Origin: a candidate division WWE3 bacterium
Lineage (GTDB): Bacteria > Patescibacteriota > WWE3 > UBA101185 > UBA10185
Length of the DNA stretch: 64,000 nt
Assembly: GCA_012798115.1 (NCBI GenBank)
Contig: JAAZNV010000009.1
Location: forward strand, 10,156 to 74,155
Direction of reading: 5' to 3'
This document shows, piece after piece, positions 8,881 to 18,863 of the stretch. The position numbers and the translations under genes were made by a program. Numbering within the stretch: position 1 is the first letter of the stretch; each line of letters opens with the position of its first letter. Under the pieces are notes generated by a model that worked only from the letters and a program-made list of their open reading frames with translations, was not told where the DNA came from and searched no databases.

Positions 8881-10674
8881 ATGATCTCTTGCCCACATAA
8901 AAAAAGTATAAGGAAGGGTATAACCTTCATAACAATACTTTTATTTGTAATTCCTATGTTACTTTCCCTTAAGATTCAAAACACGTATGCAGAAGATAAG
9001 TGTAAAAACATATCGGACAAGGATGATCAAACAGAATGTTATGAAAATCTAGAAAAGGAAACACAAGCTAAGTTAAGTAGTACAAAATCTAAATTAGATA
9101 ACACATTAAATTCAATCAATCAACTATCTTCTCAACTAAATGTAACACAAGCACAACTCAACGATGTCCAATCAGATATAAACGATATAAAAGAAGAACT
9201 AGATCAAATAAATTCTGTATTAGAAGACAGAAATAATAAATTATCGGAAAAGATAACATTCAGAAACAACTTACTTAGAAACTACTCTAAGAAGAATGTG
9301 GTAAACGACTTGGAACTATTCTTTTCTAGCAACAAGGAAACAAACTTGAGTGGTTTTCAAACAGCTACTTTTATATATGCATTTAACAAAGCAACTAGTG
9401 GGAATATTTTAAAAATAATAGGAGCATTAAACTCTGAAATTAGAAACTATGAAAAAAACAAAGAAGAATCAGAAGAAATTAAGAAAGACCTAGAAATTGC
9501 ACAAAACAACTTAATATCTTTAAAGAAGGATTTAGATGCAAGAAAAGCTAATGCACAAAGCGAAGCAAATAAACTAGAAGAACAAAAAACAGAATACGAA
9601 GAAAAGCTAGAAGAGCTTCAAAGTAAAATATTAAGCTTAAAATATGGTGATGAAAGTGGTTCCGTTGGGGATTATGAGTCACCTTCATCCAAAACACCAT
9701 CCCCTCCGTTTGACAATGCATTTGCAGCATTTTCTTATGGAGCATATACCCATTACAACGGCATGAGCCAATATGGGGCAAAAGGCAGGGCTGAAGATGA
9801 AAAAAGCTATAAAGATATTATTAAGTTTTATTATGGTGAAAGTGTAAAAGAAAAAGATGACTTTCCAGAAAAAATATGTGTTGAAGGTTACGGAAATATG
9901 AGTTTTCAAAAATATCTTTACGGTATAGCTGAAATGCCAAGCTCTTGGGATGAAGATGCTCTAAAAGCTCAAGCAGTAGCTGCTAGATCTTATGCATACA
10001 AAAGAACCAAAGGTGGGGGGTGCATATGCACTACCCAAAGCTGTCAGGTCTTTTCAAAAAGCAAGTCTGACAACCCACCAGGAAGTTGGAAAAAAGCTGT
10101 CGATAACACTGAGAATGAAATAATAGGGGGAGATACAGGAAAATCAGGGTATGGCTGGTATTCATCAACAACGGGAGGATATCTTAACCAAGCAGGGTGG
10201 GACTTAGATGGAAAGTGGCCTGGACAAGCCTACGAAAAAAAAGCAGGATCACCATGGTTCTATAAAGCATGGTATACAAAAAGTTATAGTGATTCATCAA
10301 CATGTGGTCATTCACATCCATGGCTTACAGAAGAAGAAATGGCTGACATTATTAACTCATGGGTGGTTTATACAAAAGGATCTTCAAGTGAGAAAAGTCA
10401 TATTACCCCAAGAACAGAAAGTTGTTGGGGAGGTGATCCTTACTCTCTTGATGAAATGGCATCAAAAGCAGATAAATATGGGGATAAATATACAAACGTA
10501 TCAAAAGTTTGGGTTGATATAAGCAATTCTGGATATACATCAAAAGTTCACTTCCAGACAAATAATGGAGAAGTATCTATTGATGGAGCAACATTCAAGA
10601 CAGTCTTTAACTTAAGAGCTCCTGGATACGTTGCAATAAGAAGCAGACTCTACGATCTTGAATTAAGAGACTAA
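8881..10674 (+). CDS. Membrane-anchored coiled-coil protein with C-terminal SpoIID/LytB-like peptidoglycan-remodelling domain
   Basis: N-terminal TM/signal, then a long Q/N/E/K-rich heptad-like region. The C-terminal domain has AQAVAARSYAY and CICTTQSCQVF, resembling the SpoIID/LytB signature (AQAVAART..., TTxCQVY). Confidence 0.55.
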   Translation: MISCPHKKSIRKGITFITILLFVIPMLLSLKIQNTYAEDKCKNISDKDDQTECYENLEKETQAKLSSTKSKLDNTLNSINQLSSQLNVTQAQLNDVQSDINDIKEELDQINSVLEDRNNKLSEKITFRNNLLRNYSKKNVVNDLELFFSSNKETNLSGFQTATFIYAFNKATSGNILKIIGALNSEIRNYEKNKEESEEIKKDLEIAQNNLISLKKDLDARKANAQSEANKLEEQKTEYEEKLEELQSKILSLKYGDESGSVGDYESPSSKTPSPPFDNAFAAFSYGAYTHYNGMSQYGAKGRAEDEKSYKDIIKFYYGESVKEKDDFPEKICVEGYGNMSFQKYLYGIAEMPSSWDEDALKAQAVAARSYAYKRTKGGGCICTTQSCQVFSKSKSDNPPGSWKKAVDNTENEIIGGDTGKSGYGWYSSTTGGYLNQAGWDLDGKWPGQAYEKKAGSPWFYKAWYTKSYSDSSTCGHSHPWLTEEEMADIINSWVVYTKGSSSEKSHITPRTESCWGGDPYSLDEMASKADKYGDKYTNVSKVWVDISNSGYTSKVHFQTNNGEVSIDGATFKTVFNLRAPGYVAIRSRLYDLELRD

Positions 10675-10730
10675 CACAACTAGAGCCTAACTAACTATTT
10701 GGTTATTTAGTTGATGGTATAATAACCTCA

Positions 10731-11294
10731 ATGAGTACATCAACTTTACTTAAATCATTCATCAAAAACCCACCAAATACTTCCTATCAAGGAAGAGATA
10801 ACGATGAACGCATAATACTTGTTATTAGGAAAAGTTTAGTTGCTGTTTACAAATGGGTACTTATGTTCATTTTGCTCTTAATCATTCCAATATTTTTAAT
10901 GCCTTGGTTAGCAAGTTTGCAATACAACAACTACTTCATATTCACTGCTGGATTCATTCGCTGCTTAACTGCCTTTTGGTACTTATTCTCTATTGGTTTT
11001 ACTTTTCAAAACTTCTTGAATTGGTATTTTGAAGTGCTTTTAGTTACAAATAAGAAAGTTGTAGATATAGACAACTCTTGTACCAATATTTCAGAAGCCA
11101 CCTTAAACAACATTCAAGATGTAACATCAAAAATAAGCAAAGGATGGGAACAAATATTAAATATTGGGTCGATATATATTCAAACAGCCGCAGAAAGAGA
11201 AGAGTTTGAGTTTGATACTATAGATAATCCTTCATTTGTCAGGGATGCTATAGCAGATTTAATTTCAAAACATAAAGGACACCATGGACATTAG
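10731..11294 (+). CDS. Membrane protein with two TM helices and bacterial PH (bPH_2/YdbS-like) domain (tentative)
   Basis: Two adjacent hydrophobic helices followed by a ~100-aa soluble domain with a His-rich tail (HKGHHGH). Confidence 0.35.
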   Translation: MSTSTLLKSFIKNPPNTSYQGRDNDERIILVIRKSLVAVYKWVLMFILLLIIPIFLMPWLASLQYNNYFIFTAGFIRCLTAFWYLFSIGFTFQNFLNWYFEVLLVTNKKVVDIDNSCTNISEATLNNIQDVTSKISKGWEQILNIGSIYIQTAAEREEFEFDTIDNPSFVRDAIADLISKHKGHHGH

Positions 11295-11526
11295 TAATTA
11301 TTCTATACAACAAATAATAAAAGTTGGTTCTGGAACCATTGAAATCTTCGTATTTTTAATGATGGTTCTTTACTTATTCTTTGCATTCATCTTAATTAGG
11401 AAACTAAGGATAATGAATTTAAATCTTAAAACCCCTTACAACAAGTTATTCTTGCTCCTAGCAAGGGTACACTTTGTGGCTTCCTTTATTGTTATTATTC
11501 TTACGTTTATAACCATAAGAAGGTAG
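11284..11526 (+). CDS. Small two-TM membrane protein
   Basis: 80 aa with two hydrophobic segments. Overlaps the upstream gene by 11 nt. Confidence 0.3.
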   Translation: MDISNYSIQQIIKVGSGTIEIFVFLMMVLYLFFAFILIRKLRIMNLNLKTPYNKLFLLLARVHFVASFIVIILTFITIRR

Positions 11527-11527
11527 A

Positions 11528-13375
11528 ATGATTAAAAAACTAACTGCAAAAACCCAAGAACTAAATCCAAAATTACCTCAATACAGTAATTCATTTTCAA
11601 AATGCGTAATCATCAAACCAGAGACACAAGAGTTGCTATTAAAAAAAGGCACTGTATACAGTGTGTTTGATGTATCAGGAGAATCTAATTTTGATACAGA
11701 GCTAGTAATTAAAGTGATAAATGATGTCATAAATAACCTCTACTTCCAATCAGAGAGTATATCTCCAATACAATCAATGGAAAAAGCTATTGTAGAAACC
11801 AAAGAAAAAGTTCTTCAACTATCCAACGATACATTAACTTCCAACCCGCAGAGCATTAACTTAAACATGATAACTGCAGTTTTATGGGGAAGCGTCTTGT
11901 ACATAATAAAATTTGGAGGTGCTAAAGGATATCTAATGAAAAACGGGGAAATATCCCCCTTAGAGATGATATCGGAAGGAAACTTCTCTACTGCTTCAAA
12001 GGTTGTTGATGAAGACGAAGTACTAATATTAGCTACAGAACATTTTGAGAGATCATTTCCCCCAGAAAGACTCTTAGCAACAAGCATTGGTGAAGGAGAC
12101 TTAGATCCCAATCAAGCATGTCTTCTCATGAGACTGATCATAGATACTACATTTTCAGATAATGAAGTGGTTGACTTTGGTTTGGGTGATGCAGTTTCAA
12201 AGAATAAAAACAGGGTAAGAGTAGAAAAACTTACAAGTATTATCGAAGATGCTTCAAGATGGATATTAAAATCTATTAAAAAAGTATGTGGAGTATTTGT
12301 TGCATTAGGAAAACTTTTAGCGGATGCTATTTCAAAAGTACTCCCGAGAAGGAAAGCTGTACTCTTAACAAGAAGTATAAGTCAATTATCAGGAAAAGGT
12401 GGAACAAAAACAAAAAGCTGGTTGCCTTTAAGCTTAATGTCAATATCTCTTGCTTTTCTGGTGTTTTTTATCTTAAGATCTACTGTACTTAAAAGCACCA
12501 ACAAGGAAAATATGGAAAGAAAAAATACAGGACAACAAACAGTTGAAACCAGTACAAAAGAAGTTGTAAATACAGAAACTGAAGACAAGTCAAAAGATGA
12601 GCAATATAAAATTAAACGAGTATCTCCGGAAGTATTTTATGACTTGAAAATTACGGATCAATCAGTAGAACCAAGTGAAATTGAAATAGTTGGAGACAAA
12701 GTTGTTATTGTAGATAAAATTACTGGGAAAATATATGTATCAGATATCTCAACTCCAAACTTTAAGCTTGGGGTAAATACGTTCCCTGGCATTAAATCAC
12801 TAGCATCTTCAGAAGACCTGTTGTCCTTTAATGATAATGAAGGCTACAAGACCTACAGTATTAAAAACTCTACCGTAATAAGCTCATATAAAGTAGAAGG
12901 TTTATCACTAACATTCCCATATGCAGGTTTTATATACTCAGTATCTTCAGATATTTTATCCAAGAATACAGAAAAAGATGGGAAACTAGATGGAGTAGTT
13001 TGGGCCCAAAGCCCAGATTTTGTAGATGCTAAGTCGATGTCAATTGCATACAGCATTTATATATTGAAGAAAGATGGAAACCTTGTTAATTATTCAGGCG
13101 GGTCTAAAACTAGCTTTGCCATTAACGGCCTTGAAAAACCTCTCTCCGATCCTTCAAAGGTTAGCACGAATATTGATTTTGAATACATTTACATAGCAGA
13201 TAAAGGAAATGAAGCTATAGTGGTTATTGATAACAAAGGAAATGTAGTAAAACAGTACAAGTATGAGGATAGTAGTACATGGAGTGATATTAAGAGCATT
13301 GCTATATCTTCGGATGAAAAGACCATCTTTGTTTTAAACTCAAGCAAAATATATAAACTAAATATAGAAAACTAA
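11528..13375 (+). CDS. Bitopic protein: N-terminal degenerate PP2C/SpoIIE-like phosphatase-like domain, one TM, C-terminal extracytoplasmic beta-propeller-like domain (tentative)
   Basis: The N-terminal region (VFDVSGES...ITAVLWGSVLYIIKFGGAKGYLMKNGE...DEDEVLILATEHF) follows the PP2C block pattern. TM is WLPLSLMSISLAFLVFFIL. C-terminal repeats resemble propeller blades (IYVSD, IYIADKGNEAIVVIDNKGNVV). Confidence 0.3.
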   Translation: MIKKLTAKTQELNPKLPQYSNSFSKCVIIKPETQELLLKKGTVYSVFDVSGESNFDTELVIKVINDVINNLYFQSESISPIQSMEKAIVETKEKVLQLSNDTLTSNPQSINLNMITAVLWGSVLYIIKFGGAKGYLMKNGEISPLEMISEGNFSTASKVVDEDEVLILATEHFERSFPPERLLATSIGEGDLDPNQACLLMRLIIDTTFSDNEVVDFGLGDAVSKNKNRVRVEKLTSIIEDASRWILKSIKKVCGVFVALGKLLADAISKVLPRRKAVLLTRSISQLSGKGGTKTKSWLPLSLMSISLAFLVFFILRSTVLKSTNKENMERKNTGQQTVETSTKEVVNTETEDKSKDEQYKIKRVSPEVFYDLKITDQSVEPSEIEIVGDKVVIVDKITGKIYVSDISTPNFKLGVNTFPGIKSLASSEDLLSFNDNEGYKTYSIKNSTVISSYKVEGLSLTFPYAGFIYSVSSDILSKNTEKDGKLDGVVWAQSPDFVDAKSMSIAYSIYILKKDGNLVNYSGGSKTSFAINGLEKPLSDPSKVSTNIDFEYIYIADKGNEAIVVIDNKGNVVKQYKYEDSSTWSDIKSIAISSDEKTIFVLNSSKIYKLNIEN

Positions 13376-13463
13376 CTCTTTTAGTCCTTTTCTGATACAA
13401 TAATTCATTATTGACCAACATAGGTATAAAAAGTAAAATACCCATGCCCAAGAGGATTTAGTC

Positions 13464-14141
13464 ATGCAATTAAAGGCAGAACAAAGAGAAAGGCTTGGAA
13501 AGGCCAACAAGTACATAAGAAGAGAAAATAAGATTCCAGCTGTGATATTCGGAAGAGGTATGGGGTCTGTAAGCATCACCCTTAACTACAATGACTTCAA
13601 TAAGGTTTATCAAGAATCAGGAGAGACAGACTTAATTGATATTGCATGTGGAAACAATAAATATAAGGTTCTTATTAAAGACGTGCAGTTTGATCCTGTA
13701 TCAGACAAAATTTCACATGTCGGATTTTATAAACCAGACTTGACAGAAAAAATAGAAGCTCAAGTGCCGGTGGAAGTTATTGGCGAAGACGTAAACGAGC
13801 TTATAAAAAGCGGTGCAGCAATTGCCCTGCAACTATTACAAGAGATTACTGTTGAAGCATTACCAGAAGACTTGCCACATGAGTTTAGGATTGACGTTTC
13901 TTCTATCAACGAACTTGGAAAAGGAATAACAATAGCAGATTTAGATTACGATAGGAGTAAGGTATCCATCCCAGACTTAGATCCCACAGAAGTAGTTGTT
14001 AGAATAGATGAGGTGACTGTCGAGGAAGAGCCTGTAGAAGAAGTGTCGGAAGAAGAAGCAATTGCAGGTTTAGAAGCAACAGAAGAAAAGAAGGAAGAAG
14101 AAACTGCAGAAAACAAAGAAGACCAAAACAAAAGCGAGTAG
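13464..14141 (+). CDS. rplY: 50S ribosomal protein L25 / general stress protein Ctc
   Basis: MQLKAEQRERLGKANKYIRRENKIPAVIFGRG...; conserved L25/Ctc N-terminal domain with an acidic C-terminal tail. Confidence 0.8.
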   Translation: MQLKAEQRERLGKANKYIRRENKIPAVIFGRGMGSVSITLNYNDFNKVYQESGETDLIDIACGNNKYKVLIKDVQFDPVSDKISHVGFYKPDLTEKIEAQVPVEVIGEDVNELIKSGAAIALQLLQEITVEALPEDLPHEFRIDVSSINELGKGITIADLDYDRSKVSIPDLDPTEVVVRIDEVTVEEEPVEEVSEEEAIAGLEATEEKKEEETAENKEDQNKSE

Positions 14142-14184
14142 GAAGATTACAGTCTGAATCTTTACACTTTAATTCTAATTTATG

Positions 14185-16398
14185 TTACTCCGGCCAACGA
14201 TTCTCTATTAATAGACCATTGGTCTCAATATTGCTCCATATAGCTTCTGTAACAAAAGGCATAAACGGATGAAGTACCTTCAAACCAGTGGTAAAAACAT
14301 ACTTTAAAACGCCTAAAGCTACTCCTTTATCTTCTCTTGTTTTAACATACTCAATATAGTTATCTGCAACTTCATGCCACATAAACTGATATATCAAATC
14401 AGAAGCATCTGAAAACCTAAACTTTTCTAGACTATTATTGACCCCATAAATTAAGCTCCTTAGCTTTTGAATAATCTCTTTATCTACATCAGTTATATTT
14501 TTATCATTTCCTTCTTTATACTCAACAACTTCATTATTTTCCATCAGTAGTAATATAAACCTTGCCATATTCCACAGTTTATTTGCAAAGTTTCTGTAAG
14601 CAACTACCTTGTCCCTAGGAAATGCAAAATCTTTTCCATTTGCAGTTCCTGATATAAGTCCCATTCTTAGTGCATCTGCTCCATACTCAGAAACATAATC
14701 TAAAGGATCAATAACATTTCCTAAACTCTTACTCATTTTCTTTCCATCTATAGCCCTAACCAAACCATGTAGATAAACATCACTAAACGGTGGCTTCCCA
14801 GTAAGATAGATACCAAACATAATCATTCTTGACACCCAAAATCTAATAATTTCCCATCCAGTTTCCATTACTGATGTAGGATAAAAATAGTGAAAATCAT
14901 CTGAATTTGGATAACCAAGAGTAACAAGAGGCCAGTGTCCAGAAGAAAACCAAGTATCAAATGTGTCTGTCTCTTGCAAGTAGTTTCCATTTGGTCTTGC
15001 CTTGGAAATGATACTCTTTGCGTTCTTTGGGGCAATTAAACTCTGTAGTCCTTCTTCTATTTCACTAAATGAATACTTTTTAATGAGATCAGATACCTTT
15101 CCAGTTATTCTTTCTTTTTTCTTATTCAAAAACGTAACCTGAATACTTGGGTTCTCTTCAACAGAATACCAAGCAGGTATTCTAATGCCCCACACAACTT
15201 GTCTGGATATTGGCCAGTCTCTCATTTCTTCCATCCATTTAACGTATGTGATTTCTCTCCATCTTGGGTATATCTTAACTTCTTTATTTATAACAACATC
15301 TAAAGCTGGTTTTTTGAAATTCTCAACCTTAATAAACCAATTAGGAAGAACTGTAGGTTCTATATCATGTCCACCTTTGTAACAAACAGAAACTGTATGT
15401 TCATAATCATAGTCTATTTTTATCATTAAACCTTTTCTCTGAAGGTCTTCAACAACTTTCTTTCTACCTTCTTCAACACTAAGACCTACATAAGGACCTG
15501 TGTTTTCATTTAATTTTCCATCAAGACCAATTACAGATTTGATTTCAAGACTATGTCTTCTGCCTGCTTCATAATCGTTCTTGTCATGTGCTGGAGTTAC
15601 TTTTACAACACCTGTTCCAAACTTTGGATCAACAAATGTATCCCCAATAACTTTAAGCTTAAGATTTCCATTCAGTCCTTCTACTTCTATTTCTTTTCCA
15701 ATGTATTCTTTATATCTCTCATCATTGGGATGAACTGCAACAGCAGTATCCCCAAATTTTGTTTCTGGCCTTGTTGTTGCAACAACAAAAGGTCCATACT
15801 TCATATAATACAGTGGGTCCTTTCTTGTTACGTGTCTTAACTCTAAGTCTGCAAAAGTCGTTCCACATTTTGGGCAATAGTTAACAATGTAATCATCCCT
15901 GTAGACCATGCCTTCTTCAACCATCCTTTGAAATGTCTCATAAACAGTGTCTACAACTTTATCATCAAGTGTAAATGTATATCGTGTCCAATCAAGGCCT
16001 GGGCCCATACTTTTAATCTGAGATTCAATTACTCCCTTGTTTTCTTGTACAAAATCCCATATTTCCTTGTACAAAGAGTCTCTATCATAATCAAATCTAG
16101 ACTTCCCTTTTTCTTTTAAATGCCTTTCAAATACAACCTGTGTTTCAAACCCTGCATGGTCTGTTCCTGGAACCCAAAGAGTTGAATATCCTTGCATTTT
16201 CTTCCACCTTATCAAAATATCTTCAATTGCAAGCATTAACACATGTCCTGTATGCAACTTTCCATTAGCATTTGGTGGTGGGAGAACTATTGTAAAAGGC
16301 TTTTTGTTCTTATCGATCTTGCCTGTAAATATTCCTTTCTCTTCCCACTTCTTTTGAATCTCTGGTTCTTGAATTTTATGATCATACTTTTTTTCCAT
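14185..16398 (-). CDS. valS: Valyl-tRNA synthetase, short form lacking the C-terminal coiled-coil
   Basis: HIGH motif PPPNANGKLHTGH, LWVPGTDHAGFETQ and KMSKSLGNVIDP. 737 aa. Confidence 0.85.
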   Translation of the reverse strand: MEKKYDHKIQEPEIQKKWEEKGIFTGKIDKNKKPFTIVLPPPNANGKLHTGHVLMLAIEDILIRWKKMQGYSTLWVPGTDHAGFETQVVFERHLKEKGKSRFDYDRDSLYKEIWDFVQENKGVIESQIKSMGPGLDWTRYTFTLDDKVVDTVYETFQRMVEEGMVYRDDYIVNYCPKCGTTFADLELRHVTRKDPLYYMKYGPFVVATTRPETKFGDTAVAVHPNDERYKEYIGKEIEVEGLNGNLKLKVIGDTFVDPKFGTGVVKVTPAHDKNDYEAGRRHSLEIKSVIGLDGKLNENTGPYVGLSVEEGRKKVVEDLQRKGLMIKIDYDYEHTVSVCYKGGHDIEPTVLPNWFIKVENFKKPALDVVINKEVKIYPRWREITYVKWMEEMRDWPISRQVVWGIRIPAWYSVEENPSIQVTFLNKKKERITGKVSDLIKKYSFSEIEEGLQSLIAPKNAKSIISKARPNGNYLQETDTFDTWFSSGHWPLVTLGYPNSDDFHYFYPTSVMETGWEIIRFWVSRMIMFGIYLTGKPPFSDVYLHGLVRAIDGKKMSKSLGNVIDPLDYVSEYGADALRMGLISGTANGKDFAFPRDKVVAYRNFANKLWNMARFILLLMENNEVVEYKEGNDKNITDVDKEIIQKLRSLIYGVNNSLEKFRFSDASDLIYQFMWHEVADNYIEYVKTREDKGVALGVLKYVFTTGLKVLHPFMPFVTEAIWSNIETNGLLIENRWPE

Positions 16399-16505
16399 AG
16401 TTATGGCTTGAGGTTATCATAAAAACACTGCTATCTCAATAACAACAAGTATTAGGAACACAAGTAAACCTGCTTTGGATATGTTTATTGTGATAAAATC
16501 CAAAT

Positions 16506-17756
16506 ATGCGTTATTCCCAACTAATTGGAAAGACAAAAAAAGATATTCAAAAAGATGAGGTAGGCATAAGTGCTCAATATCTCATAAGAGGAGGCTTCAT
16601 ACATAAGGAACTGGCAGGGGTATATACCCTACTGCCACTGGGTTTAAAGGTAGTAAATAAGATAACACAAATAATTAGAGAAGAAATTAATGCCATAGAT
16701 GCACAAGAATTGAGTATGACAGCTATTCAAAACCCTGATCCGTGGAAGAAATCAGGAAGATGGGATGATAACGTTGTTGATATATGGTTTAAAACACTTC
16801 TTAAAAATGGTTCTGAGGTTGGTCTTGCTACAACGCATGAAGAACCACTCACTAAACTCTTATCTCAACAAGTTAACTCATACAAAGACCTTCCGCTGTA
16901 TGTATATCAATTCCAAACAAAATTCAGAAACGAGCCAAGGCCAAGAAGTGGCCTACTAAGAGCAAGGGAGTTTATTATGAAAGATCTTTATTCCTTTAAC
17001 ACGAATAAAGAAAGTCATGAAGAATACTACGAAAGAGCAAAACAAGCTTATATCAAAATATGGGAAAGATTAGGCATCGGCAAACACACATATTTAACAT
17101 TTGCCAGTGGAGGAACATTCAGTAAGTATTCTCATGAATTCCAAACATTATGTGAAAATGGTGAAGATACTATTTATGTAGATAAGAAGAAAAAGATAGC
17201 AGTAAACAAAGAAGTATTTAATGACGAAGTACTAAAAGAACTAAACTTGAACAAGAAGGAAATGGAAGAAGAAAAAGCCATAGAAGTAGGAAATATCTTT
17301 CCTCTTGGAACAAAATATTCACAAGCATTGGGCTTGATGTTTACAGACGAAACCGGAGGAAAAAAGCCAGTGGTTATGGGAAGTTATGGTATAGGTATAG
17401 GAAGGGTAATGGCAACGATAGTGGAGTTAATACATGATGATAAAGGAATAATATGGCCAGAGAATGTGTCTCCATGCAAAGTGCATCTTATTGGCCTTAA
17501 TCTTGATGATGAAGATGTGAACAAGAGAGCAGAGGAAGTTTATTCAAGGCTTAAAGGAAAGAAGATTGATGTTTTATTTGACGATAGAAAAGAAGCAACA
17601 CCAGGAGAAAAGTTTGCAGATGCAGACTTAATTGGAATAACATACAGAGCAGTTGTTTCATCAAAAACAAGGGAAGACATAGAAATAAAAAGGAGAGATC
17701 AAGAAAAAGTATCATTGGTACCATTAGAAGATTTTATAGGCAATTTATTGAAGTAA
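16506..17756 (+). CDS. proS: Prolyl-tRNA synthetase, compact form without insertion/editing domain
   Basis: MRYSQLIGKTKKD...GVYTLLPLGLKVVNKI...NPDPWKKSGRWD; class II ProRS core plus a C-terminal anticodon-binding domain. Confidence 0.85.
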   Translation: MRYSQLIGKTKKDIQKDEVGISAQYLIRGGFIHKELAGVYTLLPLGLKVVNKITQIIREEINAIDAQELSMTAIQNPDPWKKSGRWDDNVVDIWFKTLLKNGSEVGLATTHEEPLTKLLSQQVNSYKDLPLYVYQFQTKFRNEPRPRSGLLRAREFIMKDLYSFNTNKESHEEYYERAKQAYIKIWERLGIGKHTYLTFASGGTFSKYSHEFQTLCENGEDTIYVDKKKKIAVNKEVFNDEVLKELNLNKKEMEEEKAIEVGNIFPLGTKYSQALGLMFTDETGGKKPVVMGSYGIGIGRVMATIVELIHDDKGIIWPENVSPCKVHLIGLNLDDEDVNKRAEEVYSRLKGKKIDVLFDDRKEATPGEKFADADLIGITYRAVVSSKTREDIEIKRRDQEKVSLVPLEDFIGNLLK

Positions 17757-17795
17757 TTACAAATCAACGAGAGCGTTGAGTAAACAAATACAAAG

Positions 17796-18827
17796 CTAAA
17801 GTTTATCCATTATTCCCAAAGAAGGGTTAACTTCAACGTTTTCATATCCAACGGATTTATTGTTGAAGTATGCTGCACTAGCAATATAAACAGCATTATC
17901 AGTACACAATCTAATTGGAGGTACTTGAGTTGAAATACCAAGTTTATCTGCTTCCTTTTTCACTTCTTCTCTTAAGTGGATATTTGCAGACACACCACCT
18001 CCTAACATTATTGTTTTAACATTAAACTTCCTAGCTGCTCTAATTGTTTTTTTTACTAATACTTCAACTACAGCTTCTTCAAATTCTCTAGCAATAACTT
18101 CCTGTGGATATTGATTAAGTTCTATTATCCTTTTAGATGCAGTTTTTAGACCAGAAAACGAAAAATCAAAGTTATCTTGATCAACCATAGGTCTTGGGAG
18201 TCTTCCTTTGATAGTATTTTCATCACACTCTAAAGCTTTCTTAGAAAGAATGGCTCCTCCTAAATACTTGGATAAACCTAAAAGCCTTGCCACCTTATCA
18301 TAAGCTTCTCCAACAGCATCATCTAAAGTTCCACCAAGATACTCAAAATTCCCATGATCTTTCATCAAAACCAAATCAGTATGCCCACCACTAACAAGCA
18401 AAACAATAGCTGGAAGTAATAACTCTTGTGTGTTATTCACAAAATTTCCATATATGTGGCCAACTAGGTGGTTAACAGGGATAAGGGGTTTATTTAAGAA
18501 CAAAGACAACGCTTTAGCAGCTTCAACCCCAACAACTAACGACCCTATAAGACCAGGTCCTACTGTCACTGCAACTGCATCTATACCCCTATAGCAATCT
18601 TCAAGTGTATCAAACTTTTTTTCTTTTCTATATTTTTCAAAACATTCAGAAATTACGGGGGTGATAAATTCAACTTGTTTTCTCGCTGCAACTTCAGGAA
18701 CAATACCCCCAGTTTTCTCATGAAACTCTTTTGACGATGCAACAACACTACATATTTCCCTTGTACCACTTTCAACGACTGCTGCTGCTGTTTCATCACA
18801 GGATGTTTCAATACCAAATATGATCAT
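17796..18827 (-). CDS. tsaD: tRNA N6-adenosine threonylcarbamoyltransferase (Kae1/YgjD family)
   Basis: MIIFGIETSCDETAAAVV...VSGGHTDL...GGVSAN; TsaD signature blocks. Confidence 0.9.
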   Translation of the reverse strand: MIIFGIETSCDETAAAVVESGTREICSVVASSKEFHEKTGGIVPEVAARKQVEFITPVISECFEKYRKEKKFDTLEDCYRGIDAVAVTVGPGLIGSLVVGVEAAKALSLFLNKPLIPVNHLVGHIYGNFVNNTQELLLPAIVLLVSGGHTDLVLMKDHGNFEYLGGTLDDAVGEAYDKVARLLGLSKYLGGAILSKKALECDENTIKGRLPRPMVDQDNFDFSFSGLKTASKRIIELNQYPQEVIAREFEEAVVEVLVKKTIRAARKFNVKTIMLGGGVSANIHLREEVKKEADKLGISTQVPPIRLCTDNAVYIASAAYFNNKSVGYENVEVNPSLGIMDKL

Positions 18828-18863
18828 GGGAGAAATATATCAGTAAAACATAATATATAAAAG

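Noticed and set aside
14142-14184. Possible hairpin between rplY and valS (AAGATT-acagtctg-AATCTT)
   Set aside because: Only a 6-bp AT-rich stem; too weak to call a terminator.
16399-16505. Divergent valS/proS promoter elements (TTGGAT ... TGTGATAAAAT)
   Set aside because: Spacing between the candidate -35 and -10 does not fit 16-18 nt. Left unannotated.
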